The notes under the pieces were generated by a model. The model saw only the letters and a program-made list of their open reading frames with translations. It searched no databases and was not told the DNA's origin. From Octopus sinensis (taxonomy: Eukaryota), in assembly GCF_006345805.1 (NCBI RefSeq), contig NC_043016.1, forward strand, positions 26,226,001 to 26,290,000: a stretch of DNA of 64,000 bases, read 5' to 3'. The position numbers were made by a program, and so were the translations under genes. Shown in pieces: positions 1 to 13,554 of this stretch. Numbering within the stretch: position 1 is the stretch's first letter; each line of letters starts with the position of its first letter.

Positions 1-890
1 GAGCAAGGTCAGGAGAATAAGGTGAATGAGGAATTTTTTCCCAACCAAGCTCTTCGATCTTCTGTTATGTGATCTTTGCAGTGTGGGGTTGCGCATTATC
101 CTGATGAAACATCACTCTTTTTCGATTCACTAAAGTGGGTCTTTTTTTCTTCAAAGCTTGGTTGAAACGCTCTAATTGCTGACAGTAGACTTGAGCATTG
201 ATTGTTGCATTAGGTGGTAATAATTCAAAGTGAATTACTCCTTTGCAATCCCACCAGATAGAGAGAAGAATTTTTTCCCCATGAAGTTCCCTTCTCGATT
301 GTGGTTGAGCTTTTTCCCTTTTACCAAGCCATTGTTTACAGTGCTTAACATCTCGATAGAAGATCCATTTTTCGTCACCAGTCACAAATCTATCCAAAAA
401 GGATGAAACGAGTTCACAAGAATGGAGAGAAGAGCAGATGTCAACTCGGGATTTGCAGTTGCTTTCGGACAATTCATGAGGCACCCATTTTCCAAGTTTA
501 GGAACCTTTCCAACTTGTTGAAGATAACGATGAACATTTGTACTTTCCAAGTTGTTGAAGATGATGATGAACAGTTGTATGGTTTGAACTACGCTTTATT
601 GCCAATTCTTCAACTGATAATGCAAGATTTTCTTCAAGTAATGCCTCAAGGAGCTTATCATCAAACTCAACTGGACATCCTGTTTGATCTTCATCTTCAA
701 GGCTGAAATCTCCACTTCTGAATTTTGCAAGCCATCTTCTGCAAGTTCTTTCATTCAAGCATTCTTTCCCATAAACTGAGTGTATGTTTCGAGTCGCTTT
801 GGCTGCAGGGTTTCCTTTTTTGTACTCATTAAGCATTATGCGCCTTAAGTGCTCTTTGGATACTTCCATGTTAGAAAGGGTTTTAATCAA
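1..890 (-). mobile_element. mariner (Tc1/mariner) transposase, frameshifted, runs off the window start
   Basis: ORF 498-890 gives the HTH N-terminus. ORF 65-550 contains WVPHEL, TGDEKW and HQDNA, and 1-64 reads PHSPYSPDLA. A short tandem duplication at ~508-590 (LQQLGK / LQQVGK) shifts the frame. Confidence 0.9.
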
Positions 891-1709
891 AGAAATTTTA
901 ATTCTATTATTCTGTAAAATAATATTTAATTAGTTTAAATGTACACAAATGCATAAAAATAATTTTAAATTCCTTTAGACATACTAAAATATTATTAAAT
1001 TTCATTCATGAAAAATAGCTCTGCAATTCTGAGCTATTTTTCATTATTTTTTCTAAAAATACTCTAGTAAACACGGTTATAAAGCGAGCATACAGATGTA
1101 AGCATTGGCAAAAACACACATTTAGTGCATATAAGTAGTCTCTATCATTATATATAATTTAAACTTTAATTTCCTTTATATTTAACATTCACTATTAATA
1201 TCCCTACTCTTTCTGTTAGCTACTTATGACGTTATATCATATAACGTTTTTTTAAACAATATTAATAGCATTCTGTCAAATCCATCATATTAATAGCATT
1301 CTGTCAAATCCATCATTTTTTGCTAAAATATCTTATTGACGAGTTTCGTTTTTTTCACTTTCCTGAAGAGAAGATTGCATTGTTTATACCATTTATTCTT
1401 TTGAATAGTATCAGTGGAATTTTCGAAACATGCGGCGAAAGTAAAAATATTTTGTTTACACCTGCGTTAAACTCCATTTATTTATTCATATATTATTCAA
1501 AATATTCCACGTAAACACGAAGTTTCTACCTTTATAAACAAGGAGTTACAACATCTTTACTTGTGAGATTTTTGCTACCCTGGTAACTATTTATTTATTT
1601 TTTCTGTGTTAATTGCTAACAAGGTAAAAATACACTCATCTATATATATATATATATATATATATAGCATTATTAAATCTCAGAATGAGATGTAAACAGT
1701 AATCGCTCG

Positions 1710-1929
1710 ATAATGTAAAGTATAGAAGCCATCTTAATATGGCTAACCACATAGGGGAGGGGGTGTTACTGTAGCTTTATAGCCCCAGGAGATTGTCGTC
1801 TCCAGCTGGCACTGAAATGGTGTCTAAAGCCAGCTGGAGATGACGATCTCCTGGGGCTATAAAGCTACAGTAACACCCCCTCCCCTATGTGGTTAGCCAT
1901 ATTAAGATGGCTTCTATACTTTACATTAT
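1710..1929. repeat. fold-back palindrome / MITE-like element, 101-bp arms, 18-nt loop
   Basis: 1710-1810 is the reverse complement of 1829-1929 with 2 mismatches; (TA)n tracts lie nearby. Confidence 0.9.
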
Positions 1930-1976
1930 ATATATATATATATAAATATATATAGTAAATCCCCCACCCCCCAAAA

Positions 1977-2007
<31 letters not shown>

Positions 2008-2565
2008 GTAAATCCCCCACCCCCCAAAAAAACGAAGAACAAACACAAAGAAAGAACAACAACACGAGGACGTGGTACATGCAAAGTATTAGAAGACGCT
2101 CAGGGAAGGAAAGAAATATATATATATATATATATATATATTTGATATAATAATATAATACAATATAATATAATATAATATAATAAAAATACAGAAAAAT
2201 AGACACAATCACATCTTTAATTGTAGAATTTACCATAAATAAGTTGATGCAACAGAGATGATCACCAGTGTTGTATGGTAAATTCTGAAATTAAAGATGT
2301 GATTTTCTCTATCTGTATTTTTGTTGTCTGACACTCTGAATTTCTCGAAATTCTTCTAAATGATATTTGGATCTACTTGTCAGACAAAAGAAATTACCTT
2401 GGATGTTTATTCTACTTGCATTGATTGGTGTCCGATTGTTTGACATAGTTGACCAGATTCATTTAAAACTGAGTGCTTTATTGATATCTGCCAGGATTTT
2501 TAAATCCCATTTTTATTCTTATTATCTAAATATATGTGCGTAGTCTGATTAATAAGTATCTAGAC

Positions 2566-4938
2566 CAGTGTTTCCCAACCTTTTTTCCCGGCGCCCCACT
2601 TTTTCATAGCAAAAGTTTTTACGCCCCACCTTTTCCCATGTCCACTCACATTTACAAGTACATGTGGGCCTACTTACAATTGAAAAAAAATCAAAAATTA
2701 AAAAATTGTATTCAAAATACAAAAAAATAGTTTGAGAATTGAAACAACAGGCACTGAAAGTGCATAACACCCAATAAATCGATAAAATTATTACGATTTC
2801 TCATGTTTTTAAAAAATGTCAATTATAAAGAATAAAGAAACACGTTTTTTCAGTTCAATTATTTGACGGTCAGCTCGACTAATTTAGTGAGAACCCTGTG
2901 CCTGATGCATACAGCACAAGTTTTTAATTTGAGGAGACAACTTTGTTAATTTCAGTCGTAAATCGCCATGTTTTGTAATCTCAAGCCGGTTTCTCTTGGC
3001 TTCGAGCAAATTATCAACTGCACTAAAACCACATTCGACCAAATAAGACGAAGGGAAAGGAATCAGTAGCTCTCTCGCTGATGTAGAAATTTTAGGATAT
3101 TTTCTTTCAACCTCGTCATATAGCCACATCTTTGTACCTTTCAATTTAAACAAAGTCTTCACTGATTCATCATGTTGTAATTCTGATAACTCTTCTTGGT
3201 ATTGGATTGTAGCATCAGAAACGTTAATCAGAAGCGGTTGAGTTAACCAAGAAGGAAAATTCATTGCCTTTAAATCGCAAAATCTGTCATTGAAATCCTT
3301 ATCAAGATATTTAAATGATCAATAATTACAATGCCAGCATCATTCGTTATTTCACATTTACTCAACCAGTAAAGTTCACTGAAATTTCTTTTGGAAAATT
3401 TCTTTTTCCATAATTCGAGAGCTGTAATAAATCCAAAAATCTTTGCTTTTGCATCAATAAGTGTCATGTTTGCACCTTGAAGTTGTTTATTCAAGTTTCC
3501 AAGTTTCTCAAATATGTCTGTCAAATAACTGACAAATGCTTTTCCATCCATTGTTGACAGCAATTTCATTTCACATTTATCACTAAGAAAGTCGTTAATC
3601 TGATCAAATAATTCCATGAACCTCTTTAAGCAGTTTCCACTTGATAGCCATCTTACTTCTGTATGAAGCAATAATCGAACATGTTCGGCACTTTGATTTA
3701 TACAAAACTGCTTAAAAAGACGTTCAGATTTAGAATTTCTTTTAATGCTGTTGACACACTTGATCACACTTTGAAGAATCTTGTTAAGAACAGGGGACAA
3801 TTTCTTGGCAACCAAGTTTTCTCGGTGTATTACACAATGGACAGTCAACATGTTTGGATTTTCATCCTTCATCATTTTTAAGCATCCCGTATTCTTGCCC
3901 ATCATGGCAGGTGCACCGTCTGCCGCACATGCCAGTAAGTTTTCCTTTGGTATTTTGTTTGCATCCAAATAATGTTTGATTTTGATGTAAATATCATTTG
4001 CAGTTGTGGTGGTTTCAAACGATTCGCAGAACAGCATCTCTTCCTGAAACTCCTCGTGGTCAATATACCTCACATAAGTCAATAACAGAGCCTCACTGTC
4101 CCGGATTGTGGATTCGTCCATTTGTAATGAAAACTTACGCAATTTTAATTTCTCAATGAGCTGGCTTTCAACATCTTGCCCCATTTCATCTATTCTGTTC
4201 GAGACAGTGTTATTACTGAGTGGCATAGTCCTGATATCTCCATCATCTTTTTGTAATACAGTTTTTAAGAATATTGAGATAGCAGGTTTAATCAGTTGCT
4301 CTCCAATAGTGTGATTCTTTCCATGTTTTGCTATAAGCAAGGAGATTTCGTAGCTGGCTTCAAGGGCACGAGTATGAGGCGCTTGTTTTGCATGAAATAG
4401 TGAAGTGAGTTTTGTTCGGTTTTTAAATTTTTCTTTCAATGATTTGAAGTATTCCAAATCTAAATTAGAATTATTAGGATGTCTTACCTTTAAGTGCGCT
4501 TCCAGCCTACCTGCCTTCATTGACTCATTGCTCATCGTCTGATTACATAATAAGCAAAACGGTTTACGCTCATCATGCTCATCAGGAATGAATCCAAACT
4601 TCAAAAACTCCACTGCGTATTGACGAGTCTTCTTCTTGTTTGGTTTGCTCATTTTCAATAGGGCTAACAAAAGACTAATTGAGGCAAACTAATTGAGGCA
4701 ATTGATTGGCTTATCTGAATAGTAAGTTTATTGCTCAGTGTGGGATCTTCTTTGTCTCGCTGGGGTGCGAGAGTTTCCGATGTGGAGGCTTCAAAGGAAA
4801 GACGGAATCTAAGGCTGTGCCCGCGATGACCGCTCGTCATGTACAAATATTTTCACAGCCCACGTCTATGCCCCGCGCCCCACCTGAATTTTCTCAGGCC
4901 CCACCAGTGGGGCGTACGCCCCACCTTGGGAATCACTG
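2566..4938 (-). mobile_element. full-length hAT (Buster/Charlie-type, ZBED5/SCAND3-like) DNA transposon with one frameshift
   Basis: TIRs CAGTGTTTCCCAA and CAGTGATTCCCAA; 8-bp TSD ATCTAGAC at 2558-2565 and 4939-4946 (NNNTANNN pattern). Transposase ORFs 4670-3270 (BED finger CLLC...H, DEST, DGA, HC..H, EVRWLS) and 3264-2884 (PFPSSYLVECGFS). Confidence 0.95.
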
Positions 4939-4949
4939 ATCTAGACTGT

Positions 4950-5795
4950 TGCCATAGTAATGAAGCTAAAGCATGCAGAGTGAAGCTGCTTGGCTTGAAC
5001 CCTGTTGAGCATGTGCACTAAGTTTTAATGTCCTAGTTTGCTTCAGTTGTTCACAGCAGTGCTTGGAAGGAAGGTGTGTAGCGTATGATCATTGCATTGA
5101 CCATGACAGAGAAAGTTGAGCAGAGAATCTGCGTCAAATTTTGCCAAAAAGCTTGGCGATACCTGCTCAGAGGCCTATGCAAATATTTCAAAATGTTTAC
5201 ATCATTCTCGACATAAGCAAAGAGAGAAACCCATGTGTCTTCTTAATCAGCCGAAAGCAGTTTTGACACAAACTTGGTAGATACATGTCTCATACCCAAA
5301 TATTCAGTGATAGTGGACTGAACTGAACCATAACTAATCTGCACATTCTCATCAGAGAATGGATAGAGATTCGACGATTTCCTCTCACAGCTGCACGCAC
5401 ATCAGCAATGTTTTTCTCAGTCCTGCTGGTTGCAGGTCTCCTAGAACGTTTGTTAATATAGACATTTTTCAGCCAGCTTAGAAACGTCTGAAACACTCGT
5501 ACACTTGTGTGCGACTCACACACTCCTTTCTATACACTCTCAGAAACTTTGTGAAGGACTCTGAGCAGGTATCACCAAGACAACTTCCTCTGCCATGGTC
5601 AATGAAACAATCATGCACTACACACCTTCCTACCAAGCACTGCTGTAAACAGTAGAAATGAGTAGAATGTTAAAACTTAGTGCTCATGCACAGCAGAGTT
5701 CAAGGTCAATCTTTGCCAAGAGGTTTCCCTCTGCGTGCTTTAGTTTCCTTACTATTGCAACAGTACGGATACTTATTGATCAGACCGCGTATATA
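4950..5795. mobile_element. two degenerate mariner 5' fragments of one family in opposite orientations
   Basis: + strand ~5095-5190 reads MTEKVEQRICVKFCQK. The - strand copy (5290-5795) has a TIR-like end tacgcggtctgatcaataagtatcc and RSRRPATSRTEKNIADVRAAV. Both share the upstream cagcagtgcttgg..ggaaggtgtgtag sequence. Confidence 0.7.
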
Positions 5796-6249
5796 TCTTC
5801 ATATATAATAAAACGCTTAGTGTGATCCTGTCAGTTACGCTGAAGACAAAGAATAGTAAAACAACAGGCAAAGAGGGAATGGGTGATAGGGAGAGATGTT
5901 AATGCAGATGACAGCTTTTAAAGGTCTTGCTTCAAAGATGCTAAGGAAAGAAGAGTAAAACAACAAACGGAGTGGCAGTGAGTGACAGTCAGAGGTGGTA
6001 GACTGTAGTGAACTCTCAATTCACGAGAATGAAAATGAAATCAAATTTTTATCGTAAATCATATTTATTAATTTCCCACATACGCACACACGCAAATAGG
6101 CATATATATATTATATTCAATAAAGTGATTTCATTGATCTAGAAAATGTTAAGAGCATATGCACACACATTCATGCATGGACATATAGGCACAGGCATAG
6201 ATGTACATACATTGGTAGGTTGACTCTAAAGCCCTTTGATTCTAATCCA

Positions 6250-7530
6250 TGCTTCCACGCCTGAAACTTTTCCTCTAGTTCTGGTAGTAACTCAGCTATT
6301 ATAGCAAGGTTATCAGCATGCAGGAGCTCCCAGGTGTATCTTGTCTTGAATTCCTGGTATTGCCTGGGGAACTATGATAAATAAGAGGGGGCTAAGGACT
6401 GATCCTTGGTGGACCCCTACCCATACTCAGAATTCTTCACTATACTCCTTGCCAACCCTCACCTTATTGACAGCATCCCTGTACAGCATCCCTGTACAGC
6501 ATCCCTGTACAGCATCCTTGCACAGCTTTCACTAACCATTCATCTATCCCTAATCTCCTCATTGACCACAAGATAAGGGATCAGGGGACCCTGTCAAAGG
6601 CTTTCTCCATGTCAATGAAAGGTTTATCTTTGGCTAGGTATTTCTCCTGCAGCTGTCTTACCAGAAATATAGCATCAGTGGTGCTTTTCCCTGGCATGAA
6701 TCCAGACCACATCACATCTAGATTGACTCTCTCCCTAATTAGTTGGTTTATGACCCTCTCCGTGACCTTCATTACTTGATCCAACAATTGATACCTCTGT
6801 AATTATTTGTATCTAATGCATCACCTTTACCTTTATAGCAGTTGACTATAGTGCTGCTACACCAGTCATTGGGTGTGACTCCTTTTTGTACCACCTGGTT
6901 GACTACAGGTAACTAGGCTATAGCCAACACCGTCAGATATTTTGAGCATCTCTGCAGTGAATCTTGATGGGCTGGGACCTTTCCCTGTCTTCATACCCTT
7001 AATTGCTTTATCTACCAAGGTACTGTCAATTTGGATAGCTGGTCCCTCTGTTGGGTCGGCATTTGGCAGACTCTCTTTCTCCCATTCATTCTCTCTATTT
7101 AGCAACCTTTCATAGTGGCATCTCCAAACCTCTCTCTTTGCAGCCTCATTTAATGCAAGCAAACTATCATCCATGTGGACACATTTCTCTCCTACAACAT
7201 CACGATTCTCTCTCACACACTGTCTTACAACACAAAATACCTCAAGTCTTGGAGCTCATGGCACAGAACATTGGCAAATTTTTTCTTATCTGCTTCCCAT
7301 CTGGCTAAATAAACCTGTCTCCTAGCTTCCCTTCTGGCAGTCTGATAAAATTCCCTGCTACCACCATTCTTCCAGTCCTCCCAAACATGTTTCATTCCCC
7401 TAATGGCCTGTCAGTAACATTGTTCCACCACCACATTATCTTGGGTCAAGAGAGGTTGTCCCATAGAAACCTCCAGTTGTCTTCCACATCATGTGATGCT
7501 ATGTCCCCCTCTATTTCGTCAAAAGCTTTG
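6250..7530 (-). mobile_element. RTE-clade LINE fragment (APE linker/RT), degenerate
   Basis: GFMPGKSTTDAIFLVRQLQEKY...FIDMEKAFDRVP; WRCHYERLLNRENEW; 13-mer tandem duplication at ~6476-6520. Confidence 0.85.
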
Positions 7531-7532
7531 AG

Positions 7533-7578
<46 letters not shown>

Positions 7579-7581
<3 letters not shown>

Positions 7582-8202
7582 TTGAATAAAGCTAAAACAT
7601 GGTCTGGTTTTCACATCTTTTATTATGGTATTTTAACATTAAAAAAATATATTTTGTAATGTTCATAAAAACGGTTTATTAAAATGTTCAAACCTGTTCT
7701 GAACAGAAATAACAACAATAATATAACAACCAGTTAATGATGTGGATTGAAAAATATCTTTAACATATGAATATAAACAAATTACAGAAGATTTTCACCA
7801 ACTGAAATAAAAACAATTGAAACCAAATAAAAACAATTGAAACCAAATAAAAACAATTGAAACACATAAAACCATTACATTTAAACAGCAAACTAATTGG
7901 TTAAAATAAAGGCAGGATCTATGCCAGTAGTATCGGTACACCTGAAAAACCATAATGTATAAGTTGCATGCGGATTGGCCAAAACCAATTCCAAATATTC
8001 AGCTTGTTGGAGCATTCTAAGAGGCACTACAGTTGTCAAGAACTCAACAGTCAGTTAAGAACATTTTGAAATCTGATGATTACTATGAACGTATGAAAGT
8101 GCTAACTGAGCTTTATGAACATTGAAAAATATATTTTTTTAATGCTAAAATACCATAATAAAAAACATGAAAACCAGACCATGTTTAAATTTTGTTCAAC
8201 TG
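7579..8202. mobile_element. Tc1/mariner-type MITE, ~100-bp imperfect TIRs, TA-flanked
   Basis: TA|CAGTTGAA...TTCAACTG|ATA termini; arms 7579-7680 and ~8110-8202; internal 20-mer tandem (aaataaaaacaattgaaacc) x3. Confidence 0.8.
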
Positions 8203-8221
8203 ATATATTATTCTATACACA

Positions 8222-8613
8222 GGCGCAGGAGTGGCTGTGTGGTAAGTAGCTTGCTAACCAACCACATGGTTCCGGGTTCAGTCCCACTGCGTGGCATCTT
8301 GGGCAAGTGTCTTCTGCTATAGCCCCGGGCCGACCAATGCCTTGTGAGTGGATTTGGTAGACGGAAACTGAAAGAAGCCCGTCGTATATATGTATATATA
8401 TATATAAGTGTGTGTGTATATGTTTGTGTGTTTGTCCCCCTAGCATTGCTTGACAACCGATGCTGGTGTGTGTTTACGTCCCCGTTACTTAGCGGTTCGG
8501 CAAAAGAGACCGATAGAATAAGTACTGGGCTTACAAAAAGAATAAGTCCCGGGGTCGAGTTGCTCGACTAAAAGGCGGTGCTCCAGCATGGCCGTAGTCA
8601 AATGACTGAAACA
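8222..8613 (+). mobile_element. tRNA-derived SINE (Octopus OR2/CORE-like family)
   Basis: A box tggctgtgtggt, B box ggttcagtccc, core ttgggcaagtgtctt, internal TA/TG microsatellite, tail gtcaaatgactgaaaca. Other copies at about 11922-12308(+), 24909-25335(+), 26684-27046(-), 29874-30272(-), 32653-33190(+), 37868-38279(-), 45587-46050(+), 59674-60860(+). The family name is from memory. Confidence 0.85.
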
Positions 8614-8635
8614 TTCATACAAATTTGTAAAAAAT

Positions 8636-8666
<31 letters not shown>

Positions 8667-9712
8667 AATATATATACTTATATATATATATATATACATA
8701 CTTGACTACCTGTGACCTGTTGGATCACTGGGAAAGTCTGAGTTTCTCAGCAACGGAGTTTTGTTTCATGGATTTTGTTTCTTTTCCATGTTATTTCACA
8801 TGTTTTTAACAAATGTGACATCAAAATCACGCATAAACATCTCCTTTCCCCCCAAAAGTAAAGGTTTGGCTGCTACTTCTTGCATGCCCTGCTACTAAAT
8901 AACAAGTATTTCAGGTCCTTTATCGCAAATAGCTGTTACATGGTAGCAGGGCGTGCTAGAAATAGCAGCCAAATCTTTGGAGGTAAGATACATTGAATGC
9001 AGTTGAAAAAAACCTTTGGAAAAAAATTATTTTTACTGAGGTTACAAACAGGTCTTTTACGAAATATTTACCATATTTTTAAAGTCATTTTCACTCCACA
9101 ATATTTTTTTAAATATGCCAAAAAAAAATATCTTTGTAATGGTATTCACTTGAAAACAATTAAAAAAAACAATTAAAGAAAGCTAAAATATAAATACTTA
9201 CAGTACAACCAACTTACACTTTTGAAATCACATTCACTTTTAATTATTCCTAAATGATTAAAATATTGTGTTTAACAAAAGTGAAAATAGAAACATTTAC
9301 TGTAAAAAACAAATTGTATTTTTTATTGTAAAAGTTACTGTGTCTAATCAAAAGGTAATTTCTTCTCTTTCAAGATGAAGTTATATTCAGAATATTTTTC
9401 CATTATGCACTGTTTTGAGTATTTATACCCCCAAACCCTAAATATCTCAATAACTACTGGTCTGAATTATGTGAAACTTGATTTATTCTCTTCATATTAA
9501 CATTTCAGGGCCAATTTAATTCATAGTATTTTCCCATTATGTGCCAGTTTGGTTGTGTAACATTGCAAGCAAGTAAGCAAGATTGAACCTCCCTTTATTA
9601 GTATATGGATATATGACGGACTTTTTTCAGTTTCCATCTACCAAATCCACACATGGCCCAAGGCTACACTTTGTTTGTGGTGGTGTACAAATGTAAATAT
9701 ATACATATACAT

Positions 9713-9756
<44 letters not shown>

Positions 9757-9819
9757 AAATATGCATGTATGTATATATATGTCTGCTTATAAGTTTTTAT
9801 ATGTACATACGTGTGTGTA

Positions 9820-9867
<48 letters not shown>

Positions 9868-10084
9868 ATATATACACAAGCATACATTATGTGGGTGATA
9901 TTTTTAACCAAGATGTTGCAATCATATCTCATTCTTCAAGTGCTTCAATTCTGTGTATGTACATATATTTACTAGATAGCTGACATTTATTAATAATTTT
10001 CCTCATTGTGTTGATGTGCCATTTTCTATCATTAATAAAACTGTCTGCATTTTTGCTGACATGGGTATGCTAGTGTATGTGTGT

Positions 10085-11050
10085 GTATTATATATAGGTA
10101 TAACAGATCCTCTTCCAGATCTTCCTTACAACAGGGATACTTCTCAGAAAGTTAAAAGAAGGCATAATATGTCCTGTACCTAAGGAGGTAGCAGAGTAGA
10201 TGCTCAAAATTATAGTCCTGTATCTCTAACTTCCCATGTCAGCAAAGTCATGGAATTCATTGTCAGGAGGAAATTGATTGTGTTCCTCAAAGATAATGAC
10301 TTGCTCCCTGACATTCAGCATGGTTTCCACTCAGGATGAAGCTGCCTTACACAGCTTTTGCAGCATTAAGACAGGGTTTTGAAACAACTAAGGAATCACT
10401 TAAAAGTGGATGTGATAAATCTCTCCTTTGCAAAAGCCTTTGATAAGGTTGATCACAGGATGATATGTCTCAAGCTACAGAGACTCCGCATAGTTGGAAG
10501 ACTGAGAAAGTGGTTACAAATGTGGTTTGTTTATTTTTAGTAAGTGTACTTTGTAATGTATTTTTTGTGTTACACAGATGCATGGCACAGTGGTTAGACT
10601 ATCAGGCTCACAGTCATGAATTAGTGAGTTCGATTCCCAGAATCTGTGTGTTGTGTTCTTGAGCAAGATACTTTATTTCATGTTGCTCCACTTCATTCAG
10701 CTGATGGAGACAGTAATAGAGAGTGGAGTAACTCGAGGAACTGTCTTGAAGCAACTGCTGTTTATGGTGGCTTCTCAATGAATATGCCATCAGTTATGTT
10801 GACAACCACACTTACTAGCTATGCAGATGACACAAAAATAGCATAAGCAATGAAGGAATCTTCCAAAGATAAACTTCTACAGAACAACCTAGATTCCGAA
10901 TATAAATGGGCCGAAGAAAACAACATGCAAGTAAATCCCAAGCCCTCTGCTATCAGATAGCTACTTCTCACGTACCGCAACAATACTTTGGGACTGAATC
11001 CATCCAAGCTACATGGTTGCAAAGCAAGCCTTCCAACCACAAAGCCATGC
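10085..11050 (+). mobile_element. CR1/L2-group LINE RT fragment, degenerate, interrupted at 10518-10703
   Basis: Frame-broken motifs NYSPVSLTSHVSKVME, QHGF, FAKAFDKVDH, SYADDTKI. Confidence 0.8.
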
Positions 11051-11315
11051 CTGCAACTATGGTTTATATTCGAACCATATAACTACATTTTGAAATATGT
11101 AAATTTTTGTTCTGAATATATATTTGGCCATATGTGGTTTTATATTTGTAAGGAAAGGATGGCAGTGGTGGTGGGCAGCAGCAGCAATGGTGGAGGTGGA
11201 GCGGGGTCAGAGAATGTGGTAATAATTTTATGTAAATACTATATATATGGTTAATGTAGAAACTGGGTGTTATTGAATCTCTGCAAGCTGCTGTAATTAT
11301 TTTCTGTTTTTACAA

Positions 11316-11354
<39 letters not shown>

Positions 11355-13263
11355 GTAAAACCAACAGATGGCATCTCCAGTAAATTAAAGCACCTTTGTT
11401 CAAATTTCCCATTTCCCAATATACACACATACACATATATACTTTTATATATTCATAAGACAGGCAAGTTAATATTTCCCCATGACATATCATGTTTCCA
11501 TGAGAAACTGGAAATGAATGACGGTCACTTATTTTATAACTATGAATAGATGTCAACACAATGCTAAACACACACACAAACACATACATACAAGTTTCTT
11601 TCTGTTTCCATCTACTAAGTTGATAAGTCTTTGGTCAGCCAGGTGTTGTAGTAGTAGAAGATTCTTGAAGTGCTACACAGTGAAACTGAACCCAAAACTA
11701 CATGATTGAGAAGCAAACTCCTTAACGAGACTGCCAGTCTTGCACTCACACAATTCAGTCACAAATTATGGTCCCTCCTGTCATAGATGACAGACAAGGG
11801 TTCGGTAATCTCTTGCTGAACCCCTACACAGATGGCTAATATTTACTACTACTTAAACATAGATGTTCTGTTAGAACAAACTTTGCTGCAGTAGATACCA
11901 TGGGAGAAACTCACGTGTATGTGTAGGAGTGGCTGTGTGGTAAGTAGCTTGCTTACAAACCATATGGTTCCTGGTTCAGTCCCACTGCATGGCACCTTGG
12001 GCAAGTGTCTTCTACTATAGCCTCGGGCCGACTAAGGCCTTGTGAGTGGATTTGGTAGACGGAAACTGAAAGAAACCCGTCGTATATATGTATATGTATG
12101 TGTGTGTGTGTATATGTTTGTGTGTCTGTGTTTGTCTCCCCAACATCGATTAACAACCGATGCTGGTGTGTTTACGTCTCCGTAACTTAGTGGTTCAGCA
12201 AAAGAGACCGATAGAATAAGTACTACGCTTACAAAGAATAAGTCCTGGGGTCGATTTGCTCAACTAAAGGTGGTGCTCCAGCATGGCCACAGTCAAATGA
12301 CTGAAACAAATAAAAGAGTAGAGAGTAGAGTATATACCATGAGAGAGTTTCCCTTGTGGTATCTACGTCAATAAAGTTTGTTCTAACAAAGCATCCGTGT
12401 TTAAGTGGGAGTAAACATTACCTCTTAGTATTAACATTGTCTCTGTCACTAACATATATTTCCTGCACAGATGACTTGTTTGTAGTGATCAAATTTATGT
12501 GTTGCACATTAGCTCTCTCACTCCATCAAACCAACACTGTCTGTGCAGGTGCAGAGAATGCCACAAGCCAGATGCCAAAGTGATTACAGAGCAATATGAA
12601 ATGAAATATGTGGAAATCAGCAACATGAAATGAAATGTGTGGAAATCAGAACCACACTCTTGTAAACATGAGAGCAATACTCAAACCAAGGCAATGTTCC
12701 CTCACTATAAAGGGTAATGGGTAAAACCCCACTTTGGTCATCAATGAAGATTACATCTAGAAAGTTCCCCTTCGAGGCAAAAGTCTGAGCAAGGTTGTTT
12801 ATGGAAGACCAGAGGTCGTCCATGCATGCCTGTCTCTCTTCTCCACACCACTGATGTTATCTGAGAGAAATGCAAAGTCCGATACAGCTTGGTACCAATG
12901 ACGTCACAACTCATTTCTACAGCTGAATGAAGTGGAGCAACATGAAATAAAGTGTCCTGCTCAAGAACACAACACACAGATTCTGGGAATCGAACTCACT
13001 AATTCATGACTGTGAGCCTGATAGTCTAACCACTGCGCCATGCATCTGTGTAACACAAAAAATACATTACAAAGTACACTTACTAAAAATAAACAAACCA
13101 CATTTGATGACATTTTGTTAGAGAATATTCTAAAGCAAATTGGGCAAATCTACTTTCATTCAATTCTGAAAATACCAGAATCTGAAATGAAAGACTCCCC
13201 AGATATTTACAAATAAAACTGAATAGCCCAGGGCTTGTATTGGAGTACTTGGGTTATACATAC

Positions 13264-13389
13264 CTCTAAACACATGTTCTTGTAGCTATTTTTAAGCACG
13301 GTGTTATCATAAGAAGATTTTTGCAAGTATAATGAGTAAAATCCATCTGTCCACACATTATGTTCTGGAGCAACAGACCAGTTATTAGT
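13264..13389 (-). CDS. putative internal exon of the minus-strand host gene (TNNWSVAPEHNVWTDGFYSLYLQKSSYDNTVLKNSYKNMCLE)
   Basis: Acceptor ttcctgtttcag, donor GAG|gtatgt, 126 nt, open in phase 0, non-repetitive. Confidence 0.55.
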
Positions 13390-13554
13390 CTGAAACAGGA
13401 ATAAAAGCATTGTAGTGAAAGATAAAAATGAAAGGGGATAATAATGTTGATTGGATGATAAGATAAGCCATGTTGCAGACTTGTCTAGGTTATGATAAAT
13501 AATAATAATAATAATAATAATAATGACAATGATGATGATGATGATGATGATAAT

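Noticed and set aside
12421-12540. Apparent exon with an in-frame TGA (TVLV*WSERANVQHI...)
   Set aside because: The donor lies in one arm of an old degenerate inverted repeat (11850-11915 versus 12340-12430) flanking a SINE, so the splice signals are likely chance.
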